This document shows positions 1 through 9,339 of a stretch of 64,000 nt of DNA, one piece after another. Within the stretch, counting starts at the first letter, position 1; each line of letters begins with the position of its first letter. The position numbers and the translations under genes are program-made. The notes under the pieces are model-generated. The model did no database searches. It was not told the origin of the DNA and worked only from the letters and a program-made list of their open reading frames with translations. The DNA is from a virus: positions 9,926 to 73,925 of IMG/VR virus record IMGVR_UViG_3300042892_003562; one strand, 5' to 3'.

Positions 1-208
1 TGGGGAATCAGCACCCCTTTTCCTCTAAGGAGTGGGATACCGGGTATCACCTCCCGCGTTTGAGCTACCTGTAAGCGATGCGGGAAGGGTGAACGAGATG
101 CCGGAGACCCTTTGGCGTAACAGCACACCGACACCATCTTTGAGCATGAGAAGCGCCTAGGCGTTAAGCGTAGAAAGCCGCCTCGCGAACGGCCATGCTC
201 ACCCACTC

Positions 209-320
209 TCCGGCGCGTGTGCGCAGATGAAGCCAACATACTCCACTCTGAGAAATCAGGGGGCGTGAGGTAATGGGGTTGATTCAAATGTCGGGTTCAG
301 TCCCGAGCGCGTTCGGACCA
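209..320 (+). ncRNA. tRNA-like structured element (degenerate tRNA or tRNA mimic)
   Basis: 5' TCCGGCGCGT can pair with GCGCGTTCGGA. T-arm-like TCGGG-TTCAGT-CCCGA is present and the element ends in ACCA (317-320). The central region is too long for a canonical tRNA. Confidence 0.35.
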
Positions 321-398
321 CGTATCCGTGTCTGTATGACGGAAGGCGACTGGGCAACCTGCCAAAACGGGGGCCTCACTTTAGCCTGACTAAAACCA

Positions 399-662
399 AT
401 GAACACCCGCACCATCTACCTCATCTACGTCCGTCCCACAGGGTCGGAAACATGGACCCAGCACATGAAAGAATCGGGCGTCCCGTGGCGCTCCAGCAAG
501 CCGTCAACCGCCGACGAATACGCCGTCACCCTTGCCAACAGCAGCAAGTATTGCACCAAGGTGGTGGCAGTGAAGCTGCCGAAAGACCCAGACGACATCG
601 ACCATCCGAAATACGCAGTGCTCTCGGACGGAGACACGCTCTACGTCGCCAACCCGTTCTAG
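399..662 (+). CDS. hypothetical early protein
   Basis: 87-aa ORF with phage-typical codon usage; palindrome 4 nt upstream of the ATG. Confidence 0.75.
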   Translation: MNTRTIYLIYVRPTGSETWTQHMKESGVPWRSSKPSTADEYAVTLANSSKYCTKVVAVKLPKDPDDIDHPKYAVLSDGDTLYVANPF

Positions 663-828
663 GCCATGACCTTCCTCGTCGATCCTGAATATGGCAATCA
701 CAACGGTGACAACCTCGTCTATTGCGAAGACGACGAATACGACGAGAACGCCTGCTTCAACTGGGTGAACCACCCGGTGAGACAACTCTACGACAATCCC
801 AAAACCCAATTCCATCCATCCAACCCCT

Positions 829-1110
829 ATGAAGAAGAACCGAACCCCGAGCACCCTTCCGAAGATCCCCTGTGGAGACCAACTGCGCGAGGCGTGGCTG
901 GAAGCCGTCGAACTGCACGCCATCGTAGCCAAGCTCCTTGGTGACTTGGACAGTGCGGTGACGCTTGCGAACGACGAAAAGCCTGACGCGAAGGTGGAGG
1001 CCAAGGAGGCCAAGGAAGCCATTCACGACCTGACCGTCAAGGCTCTGGCCATCCGCGACATGATCACCGTGTGGCAAGCGTGGGCCTCGGAAAGCTCCGA
1101 CATCGACTGA
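829..1110 (+). CDS. hypothetical protein (helical)
   Basis: 93-aa ORF in the + strand early gene array. Confidence 0.65.
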   Translation: MKKNRTPSTLPKIPCGDQLREAWLEAVELHAIVAKLLGDLDSAVTLANDEKPDAKVEAKEAKEAIHDLTVKALAIRDMITVWQAWASESSDID

Positions 1111-1203
1111 CATGACCGCCAAGCAAATCCGCAAGTGCCAAGACGAGATGATCCGTCTCCGTCTGAAGTGGCTCGACGAGAAAATCCGTAACAACCGAAG
1201 AAA

Positions 1204-1449
1204 ATGAACAACATCCTTGAAGAAGTATTCCTCCATTCCGACGTGCGGGGCGGCTATGCCGTCGGCTTCCAGATATACGGCGCTGGAGGCGTCGGAGACA
1301 GGATTGGCTACATAGTGAAGCACCAACATCTAGGACACGTCCTAGGCGTCACGGAGGGACTCAATACGCCGCATCTCTCGCCTTCGCACTTGAAGACCAT
1401 CGCCGAACGGCTACAAACCCTCAATGAGCGCCAAGAAAAAGCCCGTTAA
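1204..1449 (+). CDS. hypothetical protein
   Basis: 81-aa ORF in the early gene array. Confidence 0.6.
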   Translation: MNNILEEVFLHSDVRGGYAVGFQIYGAGGVGDRIGYIVKHQHLGHVLGVTEGLNTPHLSPSHLKTIAERLQTLNERQEKAR

Positions 1450-1516
1450 ACGCCGAACTGACATCACCCGTCCTCGAAACGGTGGACAATGGTCGGAAGC
1501 GATAATACAGGCTTGA
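1424..1516 (+). pseudogene. orphaned 5' fragment of the HNH gene at 1978-2445 (MSAKKKPVKRRTDITRPRNGGQWSEAIIQA*)
   Basis: Repeats the RPxNGGQW motif of the downstream ORF; GGACAATGG occurs at 1484 and 2080, flanking the inserted HNH. Confidence 0.7.
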
Positions 1517-1547
1517 CTGGAGCGAAGCTGTTCTTTACATCATTCAA

Positions 1548-2075
1548 ATGATCACCAATAAAATCGCATCCATTTATTTCTCATACAATCCGGAATCAGG
1601 AGTGATTACAAGGATTGCTCCAACGATCCGGAAAAATGGAAGGTCTCATTCACAAGGAATAGGACAGCCATGCGAAGCCATAATGAATAGTGGATATTTA
1701 TACACATCCATATCCCATGAAGGGAGAAAATGGAGAATCCTTGCTCATCGTTTAGCGTGGTTACTCCATTATGGAGTTCATCCTGAAAATCAAGTTGATC
1801 ACATCAACGGAAAACGCGACGATAATAGAGTCTCAAACTTAAGAGCCGCAACCAACAGAGAAAATCAATGCAATCGGCACAAAAAAGTAGGCATGAGTAA
1901 AGATTTGCCAATCGGAGTCTACAGAATCACTCGAAAAGGAAGACCCGGAATCTGGTATGCAGTTCACCTAGAAATCAATGGACAAAGAAAAAGCACTTCA
2001 AAAAGATGCCTCCAAGCCGCGATTGAAACACGCAAAGACTGGGAAAAGAAATACTTCAATCGAGAGGCCGTATAA
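1548..2075 (+). CDS. free-standing HNH homing endonuclease (HNH_3 type, AP2-like C-terminus)
   Basis: Motif LAHRLAWLLHYG...VDHINGKRDDNRVSNLRAAT...N; AT-rich relative to flanks. Confidence 0.9.
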   Translation: MITNKIASIYFSYNPESGVITRIAPTIRKNGRSHSQGIGQPCEAIMNSGYLYTSISHEGRKWRILAHRLAWLLHYGVHPENQVDHINGKRDDNRVSNLRAATNRENQCNRHKKVGMSKDLPIGVYRITRKGRPGIWYAVHLEINGQRKSTSKRCLQAAIETRKDWEKKYFNREAV

Positions 2076-2445
2076 TGGAGGACAATGGACTCGCGCCAGA
2101 ATGACCTCCTTCATCAAAAGCGCCTTGCGCGGAGCCCGCTGGCCGCAAAAATACGAGTGCATCAAGGCGGCGTTCGTCGAGCACGGGATCAATCCGGCCA
2201 CCGGCCACAAGTGCAAGTTGCACAAATGCCCAGAATGCCAAGGGTTGTTCCCGCAAAACATGATGCACGCCGACCACATTGTTCCCGTCGTTGGACCGGA
2301 AGGTTTCAAGACATGGGACCTGTTCATCGAGCGGTTGTTTTGCGAAGCGGACGGCTTCCGCGCCCTCTGCAAACCCTGTCACAACCTCCAAACCTCAAAG
2401 GAACGCGCCGGACGCACCTTTGAAAAGCTTCTCTTCCCTCTTTAG
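1978..2445 (+). CDS. HNH/zinc-finger endonuclease (NGGQW...FIKSALR phage family)
   Basis: CPEC...ADHIVPVV...LCKPCH motifs; the stop TAG lies inside palindrome copy 2441. Confidence 0.85.
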   Translation: MDKEKALQKDASKPRLKHAKTGKRNTSIERPYNGGQWTRARMTSFIKSALRGARWPQKYECIKAAFVEHGINPATGHKCKLHKCPECQGLFPQNMMHADHIVPVVGPEGFKTWDLFIERLFCEADGFRALCKPCHNLQTSKERAGRTFEKLLFPL

Positions 2446-2501
2446 CCCGGCTAAAGCCCTTCGGGCTGGGGACCATTTTGTATTCTCAGAACACCAACCA
2501 A

Positions 2502-3230
2502 TCAACAAACCTTTGATCCTTTTTTAAGGTTGTCAATCCACCACAATGGTTGCAAGTTGCTGAAATGTAATAAGGGGATTAACGCCTCCAATGTTAATGC
2601 CGATGAGATAGGAACGCGATGATCTATGTGCCAACCACGACTCCCATAATTATCCCAAGACATCCCATCAATAAAACAGGACTCAATATGATTCTTGAGT
2701 TCTTCATAAGAACAGCCCAAATAGCTTTCAGATCCAAGCTTCTTATTCTTCTTAAGAGCGTAATGAATGCGTGACCTTGTGTTCAGAGTGATTTTACGAA
2801 GATGGCCTCCATTCTCAACCCATTGCTTTCTTCTTTTGTTTATTTCAGGACGATTTCTCGATTGATACTTTCCAACCTTAGTTTCCCACTTCTCTGAATA
2901 GGCCTTAACCTTTTCTGGATTCGCTCTCCTCCATGCTTTCGCGTATTCCTTTAACTTTTCTTTATTTTCCAATCTATATTTCCTTCTTTTATCTGAAATC
3001 TTCTCATGATTTTCACTCGCCCAATTGGCGTGATACTCCTTCCTTTTTTCTTTGCTTGTTTTTAATTTCAGCTCATCACGATATCTTCTTGAGGCTTCAT
3101 TCTCATCAAGTTTAATTTTCTGGAACGTTTCTGGATCTGTCCAAAACTCAGATCGTAAACCTCTTCGGCTTTGATACCGAACAAATACTTTTCCGTCCTC
3201 ACGGACCATCCCACGAATAAAAATCTCCAT
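2502..3230 (-). CDS. HNH endonuclease with Lys/Arg-rich helical repeats, inverted relative to neighbours
   Basis: GMSWDNYG..WHIDHRVP...FSNLQPLW..DNLKKG motif; very AT-rich; start placed at MEIFIRG (3230). Confidence 0.88.
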   Translation of the reverse strand: MEIFIRGMVREDGKVFVRYQSRRGLRSEFWTDPETFQKIKLDENEASRRYRDELKLKTSKEKRKEYHANWASENHEKISDKRRKYRLENKEKLKEYAKAWRRANPEKVKAYSEKWETKVGKYQSRNRPEINKRRKQWVENGGHLRKITLNTRSRIHYALKKNKKLGSESYLGCSYEELKNHIESCFIDGMSWDNYGSRGWHIDHRVPISSALTLEALIPLLHFSNLQPLWWIDNLKKGSKVC

Positions 3231-3291
3231 GAAGAAAAAATACAAAACTTCATGGATTAATCAAATTAATTCCCAATAGAAGACCAACACC

Positions 3292-4299
3292 ATGAGCGCA
3301 GGACTTACCGCCAGAGACAGACAAACCGGGCTTGAACAGGCATGGCATCGCGAGACGAACATCGTCGACGTCGTGACCCGTGAGAATTCAATGCCTTACG
3401 AGATCATCGAAGCCCCCATCCAATACCGGGTGTTCGACAACATCGAGGGATTCCCCGTCGAACGGATCATCGAGGACACCGAATATAAGCGGCTGATCGC
3501 CAGCGACGACTTCCAGCCGATTGGCGAGCCGTTCGCCAAGTCCTACTGCCCCGGTTCCATCGCCGGGTTCTGGGAAATCATCCGCAAGGGGATGGGAGAC
3601 ACGCCATATCAGGTGGCGAGCGCCGGAACCGTGGACGACCGTTGCAAGCTGTTCGCCTCCATCAAGGTGAACGAGGGCTTCCACGTCGGCGACCGCGAGT
3701 TCAAGGACTACATCACCCTCATCGACTCGTTCGACAAAACCACCTCGTTGCAAGCACGTTACAGCAACATCTGCGTGGTGTGTGCGAATACTTACGCGAT
3801 GGTGATGAATTCGGGCAGCCAGCTCGGCAAGGCCAAGCACACCACCTTCATGGAGTTGAACGTCGAACGGCTGATCGCCGCCATCGACGCCTTCGCGGGC
3901 ACCAGCGCTTCCAACAAGGTGATGCTCCAGAAGGCCTACGAGACCCAGTGCAGCCGCGACGAGGCCCGCGCATGGGTGACAGGCATCGAGGGACGCAACG
4001 CCACCGCGTCCGGCCTGACCAACGGCATGTTGCAGAAGACCGCACGCATCATCGAGTTGTTCGACAACGGACGCGGCAACGAGGGACGCACCCGTCTGGA
4101 CGCGTTCTCGGCCATGACCGACTTCCACAGCAACGAGTCGACCAACCGCAAGGAGGCCGGATCGCAGCGCTACACCAGCGAGTGGGGGGCTTCGGCCCAG
4201 ACCAAGAACCTCGTGGCCACCCGCTTCGAACAGGACTGGACGACCAACGTCCGCCGTGGAGAGGGACTGCTGGACCGCAACCTCGCCCTCACCGCCTGA
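3292..4299 (+). CDS. DUF932-family phage/plasmid protein
   Basis: N-terminal AWH, DSFDKTTS..RYSNICVVCANT and KHT motifs, C-terminal AFSAMTDFHSN; 335 aa. Confidence 0.75.
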   Translation: MSAGLTARDRQTGLEQAWHRETNIVDVVTRENSMPYEIIEAPIQYRVFDNIEGFPVERIIEDTEYKRLIASDDFQPIGEPFAKSYCPGSIAGFWEIIRKGMGDTPYQVASAGTVDDRCKLFASIKVNEGFHVGDREFKDYITLIDSFDKTTSLQARYSNICVVCANTYAMVMNSGSQLGKAKHTTFMELNVERLIAAIDAFAGTSASNKVMLQKAYETQCSRDEARAWVTGIEGRNATASGLTNGMLQKTARIIELFDNGRGNEGRTRLDAFSAMTDFHSNESTNRKEAGSQRYTSEWGASAQTKNLVATRFEQDWTTNVRRGEGLLDRNLALTA

Positions 4300-4303
4300 A
4301 GCC

Positions 4304-4504
4304 ATGAACCCCTCACTCATCGCGCTGGTCTTCATGGGAGACCCGACAGACAACTTCTTCATTGAAGACGCCCCGGAAGGTCCGCCCGAAAAATGGATTG
4401 GGCGTTTCGTCAACAGCGTCGAAGAGGTTGAATTTGTCGAAGTGTGGGAGTTAAAATCGCCATACGCCTACTGGTCCAACCCCAACTCCAACCCCGAATC
4501 ATGA
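4304..4504 (+). CDS. hypothetical protein
   Basis: ATG 4 nt after the upstream stop; ATGA overlap with the next gene. Confidence 0.55.
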   Translation: MNPSLIALVFMGDPTDNFFIEDAPEGPPEKWIGRFVNSVEEVEFVEVWELKSPYAYWSNPNSNPES

Positions 4505-4812
4505 CCACCAAGATCACCCTCTACAACAACTACGAGTCCCGCTTCAACGGTCTCCCTGAGTCCCTTCCCGAGCTCATCCAACGCCTCACCGAAATGCTGG
4601 AGACCGTCCCCTCCGAGCTCCACGACGAGGTGGTGTTCGAGATGGTCACCGAATACGAATCCAACTCGGCGGACGTCGACATCTACTACTATCGGGAAGA
4701 AACCCCGGAAGAGGAGGCGAAACGTCTCAACGCTGAAGCCGCTGTCCTCCAAGCTCACAAAGAGCGGAAGCGCCGCGAATACGAAAAGCTCAAATCAGAA
4801 TTCGAACCATGA
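4501..4812 (+). CDS. hypothetical protein
   Basis: MTTKITLYNN...; ATGA coupling on both sides. Confidence 0.7.
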   Translation: MTTKITLYNNYESRFNGLPESLPELIQRLTEMLETVPSELHDEVVFEMVTEYESNSADVDIYYYREETPEEEAKRLNAEAAVLQAHKERKRREYEKLKSEFEP

Positions 4813-5054
4813 AGAAATACGAAGCCGTCAGGCACGCCGAGGACTGCGTCACCCAGCTCTCCGACCGCAAGGAAGGGGGCTGGGGGTTCCGCTTCAGGGA
4901 GACGCCCGAGTCGCCGTGGCACACCTCTCCGGGGTTTCCACGGGTGGAGGCGCTGCAAGCCCGCAGGGTGCACCTGATCCGCCACGCGAGACGTCTCCTT
5001 GGAAAGCCCGAGGAGTATGAAGAACGAAAGAAAGACTGGACCTCCCACCTATGA
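4809..5054 (+). CDS. hypothetical protein
   Basis: 81 aa, ATGA-coupled. Confidence 0.65.
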   Translation: MKKYEAVRHAEDCVTQLSDRKEGGWGFRFRETPESPWHTSPGFPRVEALQARRVHLIRHARRLLGKPEEYEERKKDWTSHL

Positions 5055-5311
5055 ACACACCCCACACACCCGGACCTTGGACGGTTGACGGACAATACAT
5101 CCGGAGCAGCCAGTTCCACCTCGCCATCATGACACGTCCCGACTCGGGCATGATGGCGGAATGGAGAGCGAACCGAAACCTGATTGCAGCCGCACCTGAT
5201 TTGCTGGAAGCGCTTCACAACCTCGTCGCCAGAGGCCTCATCAATCCCGACGGAGACCACTACGACGAAGCTATTGAAGCCCTCTCCAAAGCCACCGGAC
5301 AAACTCCTTGA
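5051..5311 (+). CDS. hypothetical phage protein (HTPGPW...ANxxLIAAAPDLLEAL family)
   Basis: Recognisable small-phage-protein motif HTPGPW / LIAAAPDLLEAL. Confidence 0.8.
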   Translation: MNTPHTPGPWTVDGQYIRSSQFHLAIMTRPDSGMMAEWRANRNLIAAAPDLLEALHNLVARGLINPDGDHYDEAIEALSKATGQTP

Positions 5312-5344
5312 CACCTGTTCACACTTTAGCCTGACTAAACACTC

Positions 5345-6493
5345 ATGACCACACCACACACCGTCTATTTTAACGAAGCCCCCGTCGACCAGTCCGACTA
5401 CCCCGCCCTCGCCGAGAAGTTCAAAATCCCTTATGAAGTGGTGTTCCGCTGTGTCGAGGCGCTGGAGAAAACCGGGGAGGTGCCAATCATGGCGTTTTCC
5501 GGTCCAACCAGAGAGCGTGTGAGGGCCTTGGCGATGGCTTTGGGCACTGAGTCCCCGGAAGCCGCTCAGGACGCGCCACAGGAGCCAGCGGAAGCCCTTG
5601 CGGAGCCACCTGCGGAGATTGTCTACGACGCCAAAGACGAACCAACCGAATGGGAACGTGAATCCATTCACTCCCAGCATGTGAATTCCCCGCAGACAAA
5701 GGATTCCAGCGATGTTCAAACTAATTTCGTGACCAAAGACGACGAGTTTGACCCGGAGGAAACCACCGAGCGCGACGAGATTGTCGAACACGCGGCCCAC
5801 GGGCTGATGGAAGCGTTCTCCGACTCGGAAGGCTGCTTCATCATCTCCGACGACGGGTGCTGCCGGATCAATCCGGACAAGCCGCCGACGATTCAGCACT
5901 CGCTGGTCGTCGTTGCCAACGTCCTCAAGCTAAAAGACTTAGGGACCGTGGTGGACGACAAGAGCTCGTGGATGCTCGGCTCGATCATCTCCTCCTTGGA
6001 AGACTTCCACGGCGAGAACTTCTCCGTCTCCCAAGTGTGCGACTCCACCACCAAGGCCTACAACACGGTGGTCACCGCCGTCGGCGTGTTCAACGCGTTC
6101 AAGCTGAAGCGCTACAAGCTGTCGTTCTCGTCGCACAAGGAGGCGCACTACGCCAAGATCCCGGACGCCCACAAGAAGCTCATCCTGCACAAGGCCGAAA
6201 CCTACAAGGTGGGGCCGAAGTCGATCCGGGCGCTGTGCTCCATCGCCAAGACCATGGAGGACGACACCACCATCCGCAACATCCGCAGCCAGAAGCAGGC
6301 GCTCGACCTCATTGCCGCCTACAAGGAGGCCAAGGTCACCTACATCGTTTACGAGGAAGGCGAGTGGACGCGGGTGAACGGACTGGCCGGTGATCCGCCT
6401 GAAGGCAAGATTGTTTTGAACACCAAGGAGTGGACCGCGCAGGTCGGCAACCAAATCCTCCCCATCGCCAAGCGCAGCACCCTCAAGTCATGA
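5345..6493 (+). CDS. putative DNA-binding regulator with LmbU-like domain
   Basis: SSWMLGS...YNTV...V...F...R..LSFSSHKEA resembles the LmbU pattern SxWxLGDW...YQTLRN...V...F..RR..LSFxHHxEV; preceded by palindrome 5325. Confidence 0.5.
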   Translation: MTTPHTVYFNEAPVDQSDYPALAEKFKIPYEVVFRCVEALEKTGEVPIMAFSGPTRERVRALAMALGTESPEAAQDAPQEPAEALAEPPAEIVYDAKDEPTEWERESIHSQHVNSPQTKDSSDVQTNFVTKDDEFDPEETTERDEIVEHAAHGLMEAFSDSEGCFIISDDGCCRINPDKPPTIQHSLVVVANVLKLKDLGTVVDDKSSWMLGSIISSLEDFHGENFSVSQVCDSTTKAYNTVVTAVGVFNAFKLKRYKLSFSSHKEAHYAKIPDAHKKLILHKAETYKVGPKSIRALCSIAKTMEDDTTIRNIRSQKQALDLIAAYKEAKVTYIVYEEGEWTRVNGLAGDPPEGKIVLNTKEWTAQVGNQILPIAKRSTLKS

Positions 6494-6846
6494 TCGAACC
6501 CCTCATCCCCCCCGAGCGCGACCTCTCCGGACTGGTCAAATTCTTCAAGACCGCCAACGAGGTGACCGGGACCATCCAGAAGGACATCAGCATCGCCCTG
6601 CTGAAAGACCCCGCCATGCAGAAGAAGCTCTCGAAGCAGCTGAAGATGTCGGAGAACGACGCACAACTGGAAACCGACAAGGTGGTGAGGGCGTTCATCG
6701 ACGAGATGCCGAAAGCGACGATGAACGGCTACAACCTTGTCGGCAAGGTGTTCGCCATGCACGCCAACATCACCGGAGACCCGACGATGCACGACGTCTT
6801 CGACGAGGTGAACCGACAGGTGTTCGAAGAAATGGAAGACCACTGA
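6490..6846 (+). CDS. hypothetical protein
   Basis: MIEPLIPP...; ATGA overlap with the upstream gene. Confidence 0.7.
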   Translation: MIEPLIPPERDLSGLVKFFKTANEVTGTIQKDISIALLKDPAMQKKLSKQLKMSENDAQLETDKVVRAFIDEMPKATMNGYNLVGKVFAMHANITGDPTMHDVFDEVNRQVFEEMEDH

Positions 6847-6915
6847 ACAACCAGCTCACGGACGCCTAAGCGTTCCGTGCAGCTTCATGTTCTCAACTTT
6901 AGCCTGACTAAACCT

Positions 6916-7266
6916 ATGGAAACCATCACTCCACTCACCGAATACACAAAGAACCAATACCGGTTCACCCTAATCCAGCGCAAGGCCAACTGCGCCATTT
7001 TCGCGGGAACCAAGCCCGGAGTCAGGGCCGTCAACTATGAGGTGGTCAGACTGCTTATCACCCCGTCAGGCTCCCGCGTCGTTCACGATCCCAAGACCAA
7101 CACCGACACCCCAATCCACTGGGACGCCCATGAGCGCCTGCCGGGCGACCGCGAATGGGGAAAGCACGGCTTCACCTGCACCACCCTCGAAGCCTCCATC
7201 GACAAACTCAACACCCTCACCCAATCAACACTCCCACATGAACCAACGCGACCAGCAATTCTTTGA
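6916..7266 (+). CDS. hypothetical protein
   Basis: METITPLTE...; ATG 3 nt after palindrome 6898. Confidence 0.7.
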   Translation: METITPLTEYTKNQYRFTLIQRKANCAIFAGTKPGVRAVNYEVVRLLITPSGSRVVHDPKTNTDTPIHWDAHERLPGDREWGKHGFTCTTLEASIDKLNTLTQSTLPHEPTRPAIL

Positions 7267-9091
7267 CTTACAGGCCATCCGTGACGCCCTTGCAGGACGC
7301 ATCGACGAATTCGTCCTCAACCTGTTCCCCGAAGCAAAACGGGAAAGCAGTTGTTACATGATCGGCGGCATCGACGGCAGCAAGGGCCGCCGGATGATGG
7401 TGAGCACCCGCGCCAACAACCCCGGCTACTACCTCGATTTCTCCGACCCGTCGATCAAGGGCGGTCCTTGGCGGCTGGTGTCCCAAGTGAAAGGCATCAC
7501 CCTCAAGGAAGGTATCGCGTGGCTGGCCAAGTTCTGCAACGTCCCTCCCATCCAGAGCTTCGGCACCATAAGCCAAGCCAAAGACCCGGAGGCGCTGGCC
7601 CGCACGATGAAGGAGCTTTCCGCCAAGTCCATTGAATATGCCAAGGCTCGCGGCATCACCGAAGACACCCTGCGCAAATACGGGGTGGCGTCCGACGTCC
7701 GCGACGGCGTCCTTTTCCCCTACTACGACGCCTTCGGCAACTTGGGAATGACCAAGCACTGGGGCCACAAGCTCAAAACGGACGGCAAGAAGGACACGTG
7801 GGTGAGCGCCGAGCCCGTCATCTCGATCTTCGGCAAGGACGTCTGCGACCCTGAGACCGGGCTGCAACGGCTCGTCATCTGCGAGGGCGAGTGGGACGCG
7901 ATGGCGTGTTGGCAAGCTGGCATTCCAGCCGTGTCCATCCCGATGGGCGCGTCCAACATGAACTGGATTACGGAGGACTACCAATACCTGTCCCACTTCG
8001 ACGAGATCGTGCTGTTGTTCGACAACGACGAGCCCGGCAAGAAGGGAGCCAAGGAGGCGTCCGCCCGTCTCGGGACCGAACGCTGCCTGACCGTCCGCCT
8101 TCCCCTCAAGGACGCGAACGACATGCTCCGCGCCGGACGCGGGGCCGAAATCCTCAAGTGCATCGAGAGCACCACGCGTGAGCCGATGGCGGAGATCGCC
8201 GATCCGGAGTCGATGAAGGAGACGGTGAGATCCTACATGAAGGGCGAACACCTGTCGGACGGCGACGCGTTCTTCCTGCCAAATTTCGACCTGACGTTCC
8301 GCAAGCACGAAATGACGCTGTGGTTCGGGTTCTCGTCTCATGGAAAGTCACAAGCCGTTCAGAACCAAGTGGCTTCGTTGATGAGCCAAGGGAAGGTGAC
8401 GTGTGTCGCCTCGTTCGAGCAGCCGCCGGAAATGACCCTGTCCCAAATCCTCCTCAACTTCACCGCCTATCCCAACCTTCCGTTCCACGAGGAGTTCGAC
8501 CCGGCCTACGCCTACATGGCGAAGAACGTGTTCATGTATAAGGCGCGGAAGCGGGCCGACCCGAAGCACCTCATTCAAACCTTCATCCACGCGCACAAGC
8601 GCTATGGCATCGACACCTTCGTCATCGACAACGTCATGACCATGGACATCGACCGTGGCGACAACACCGCGCAGGCCGAAGCCGCCGACTTGGTGCGTGT
8701 CTTCGTGGCTGAATACCCGGTCCACGTCCACGTCGTCGCCCACCCGCGCAAACCCCCGGAAAACACCGGCAAGGTTCCGGGCATGGCGGAGATCCGTGGC
8801 GCGTCGGAATGGGGAGACATCCCGAACAACGTCATCGCCATCTGGCGCGACATGCCAAAGGCGGAGAAGATCGCGGAGATGGAGGACCAAGGGTCGGAGC
8901 AGTCGGAGATCGACCAGTTTTGGGCGTCCACTCCGTGCGGCAAGATTGTGGTCAGGAAACAACGGGCGACCGGCAACCTGCCGATGGCGTCGTTCTACTT
9001 CCACAAGCCGACGATGCGCTTCATGAACCGAATCGGCAAACCGTCGCCGATGTTCTCCGAACAACCATGGGTCACTCCTGATTCCAAATGA
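7238..9091 (+). CDS. DNA primase-helicase (T7 gp4/Twinkle-like; TOPRIM plus SF4 helicase)
   Basis: TOPRIM ICEGEWDAMA and FDNDEPG; Walker A GFSSHGKS; FVIDN, VAHPRK and RGASEW SF4 motifs; start at MNQRDQQ. Confidence 0.92.
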   Translation: MNQRDQQFFDLQAIRDALAGRIDEFVLNLFPEAKRESSCYMIGGIDGSKGRRMMVSTRANNPGYYLDFSDPSIKGGPWRLVSQVKGITLKEGIAWLAKFCNVPPIQSFGTISQAKDPEALARTMKELSAKSIEYAKARGITEDTLRKYGVASDVRDGVLFPYYDAFGNLGMTKHWGHKLKTDGKKDTWVSAEPVISIFGKDVCDPETGLQRLVICEGEWDAMACWQAGIPAVSIPMGASNMNWITEDYQYLSHFDEIVLLFDNDEPGKKGAKEASARLGTERCLTVRLPLKDANDMLRAGRGAEILKCIESTTREPMAEIADPESMKETVRSYMKGEHLSDGDAFFLPNFDLTFRKHEMTLWFGFSSHGKSQAVQNQVASLMSQGKVTCVASFEQPPEMTLSQILLNFTAYPNLPFHEEFDPAYAYMAKNVFMYKARKRADPKHLIQTFIHAHKRYGIDTFVIDNVMTMDIDRGDNTAQAEAADLVRVFVAEYPVHVHVVAHPRKPPENTGKVPGMAEIRGASEWGDIPNNVIAIWRDMPKAEKIAEMEDQGSEQSEIDQFWASTPCGKIVVRKQRATGNLPMASFYFHKPTMRFMNRIGKPSPMFSEQPWVTPDSK

Positions 9092-9339
9092 AAACCATCG
9101 ACCACGTCCGTCGGGTCCTCAGCGACCTGCAATATCAGTTCCCGAACGGGGACACCACCTTCAGCGCCTGCCGCAACGGCTGCGGTGAAGGGGCTCGGGG
9201 CGGGCAGGAATGCCCCGACTGCCTGACTCTAAAGCTAGGGAAGGTGGTGGGAGAAGACCTCGCCCGCCGACACCTCGTGGCGATGAAGGTTTACAAGTCG
9301 CTCCACAACAAGATCATCGAAACCGCGCAATCCAAATGA
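9088..9339 (+). CDS. small Cys-containing (zinc-ribbon-like) protein
   Basis: CRNGC...CPDC; ATGA-coupled. Confidence 0.65.
   Translation: MKTIDHVRRVLSDLQYQFPNGDTTFSACRNGCGEGARGGQECPDCLTLKLGKVVGEDLARRHLVAMKVYKSLHNKIIETAQSK

Noticed and set aside
1493-2079. Group I intron or T4 gene-60-type ribosomal bypass joining the two NGGQW halves
   Set aside because: The HNH ORF fills nearly all the insert, leaving no room for a ribozyme core. The 596-nt gap and the stop several codons after the matched codons do not fit bypassing, and the downstream half has its own ATG.
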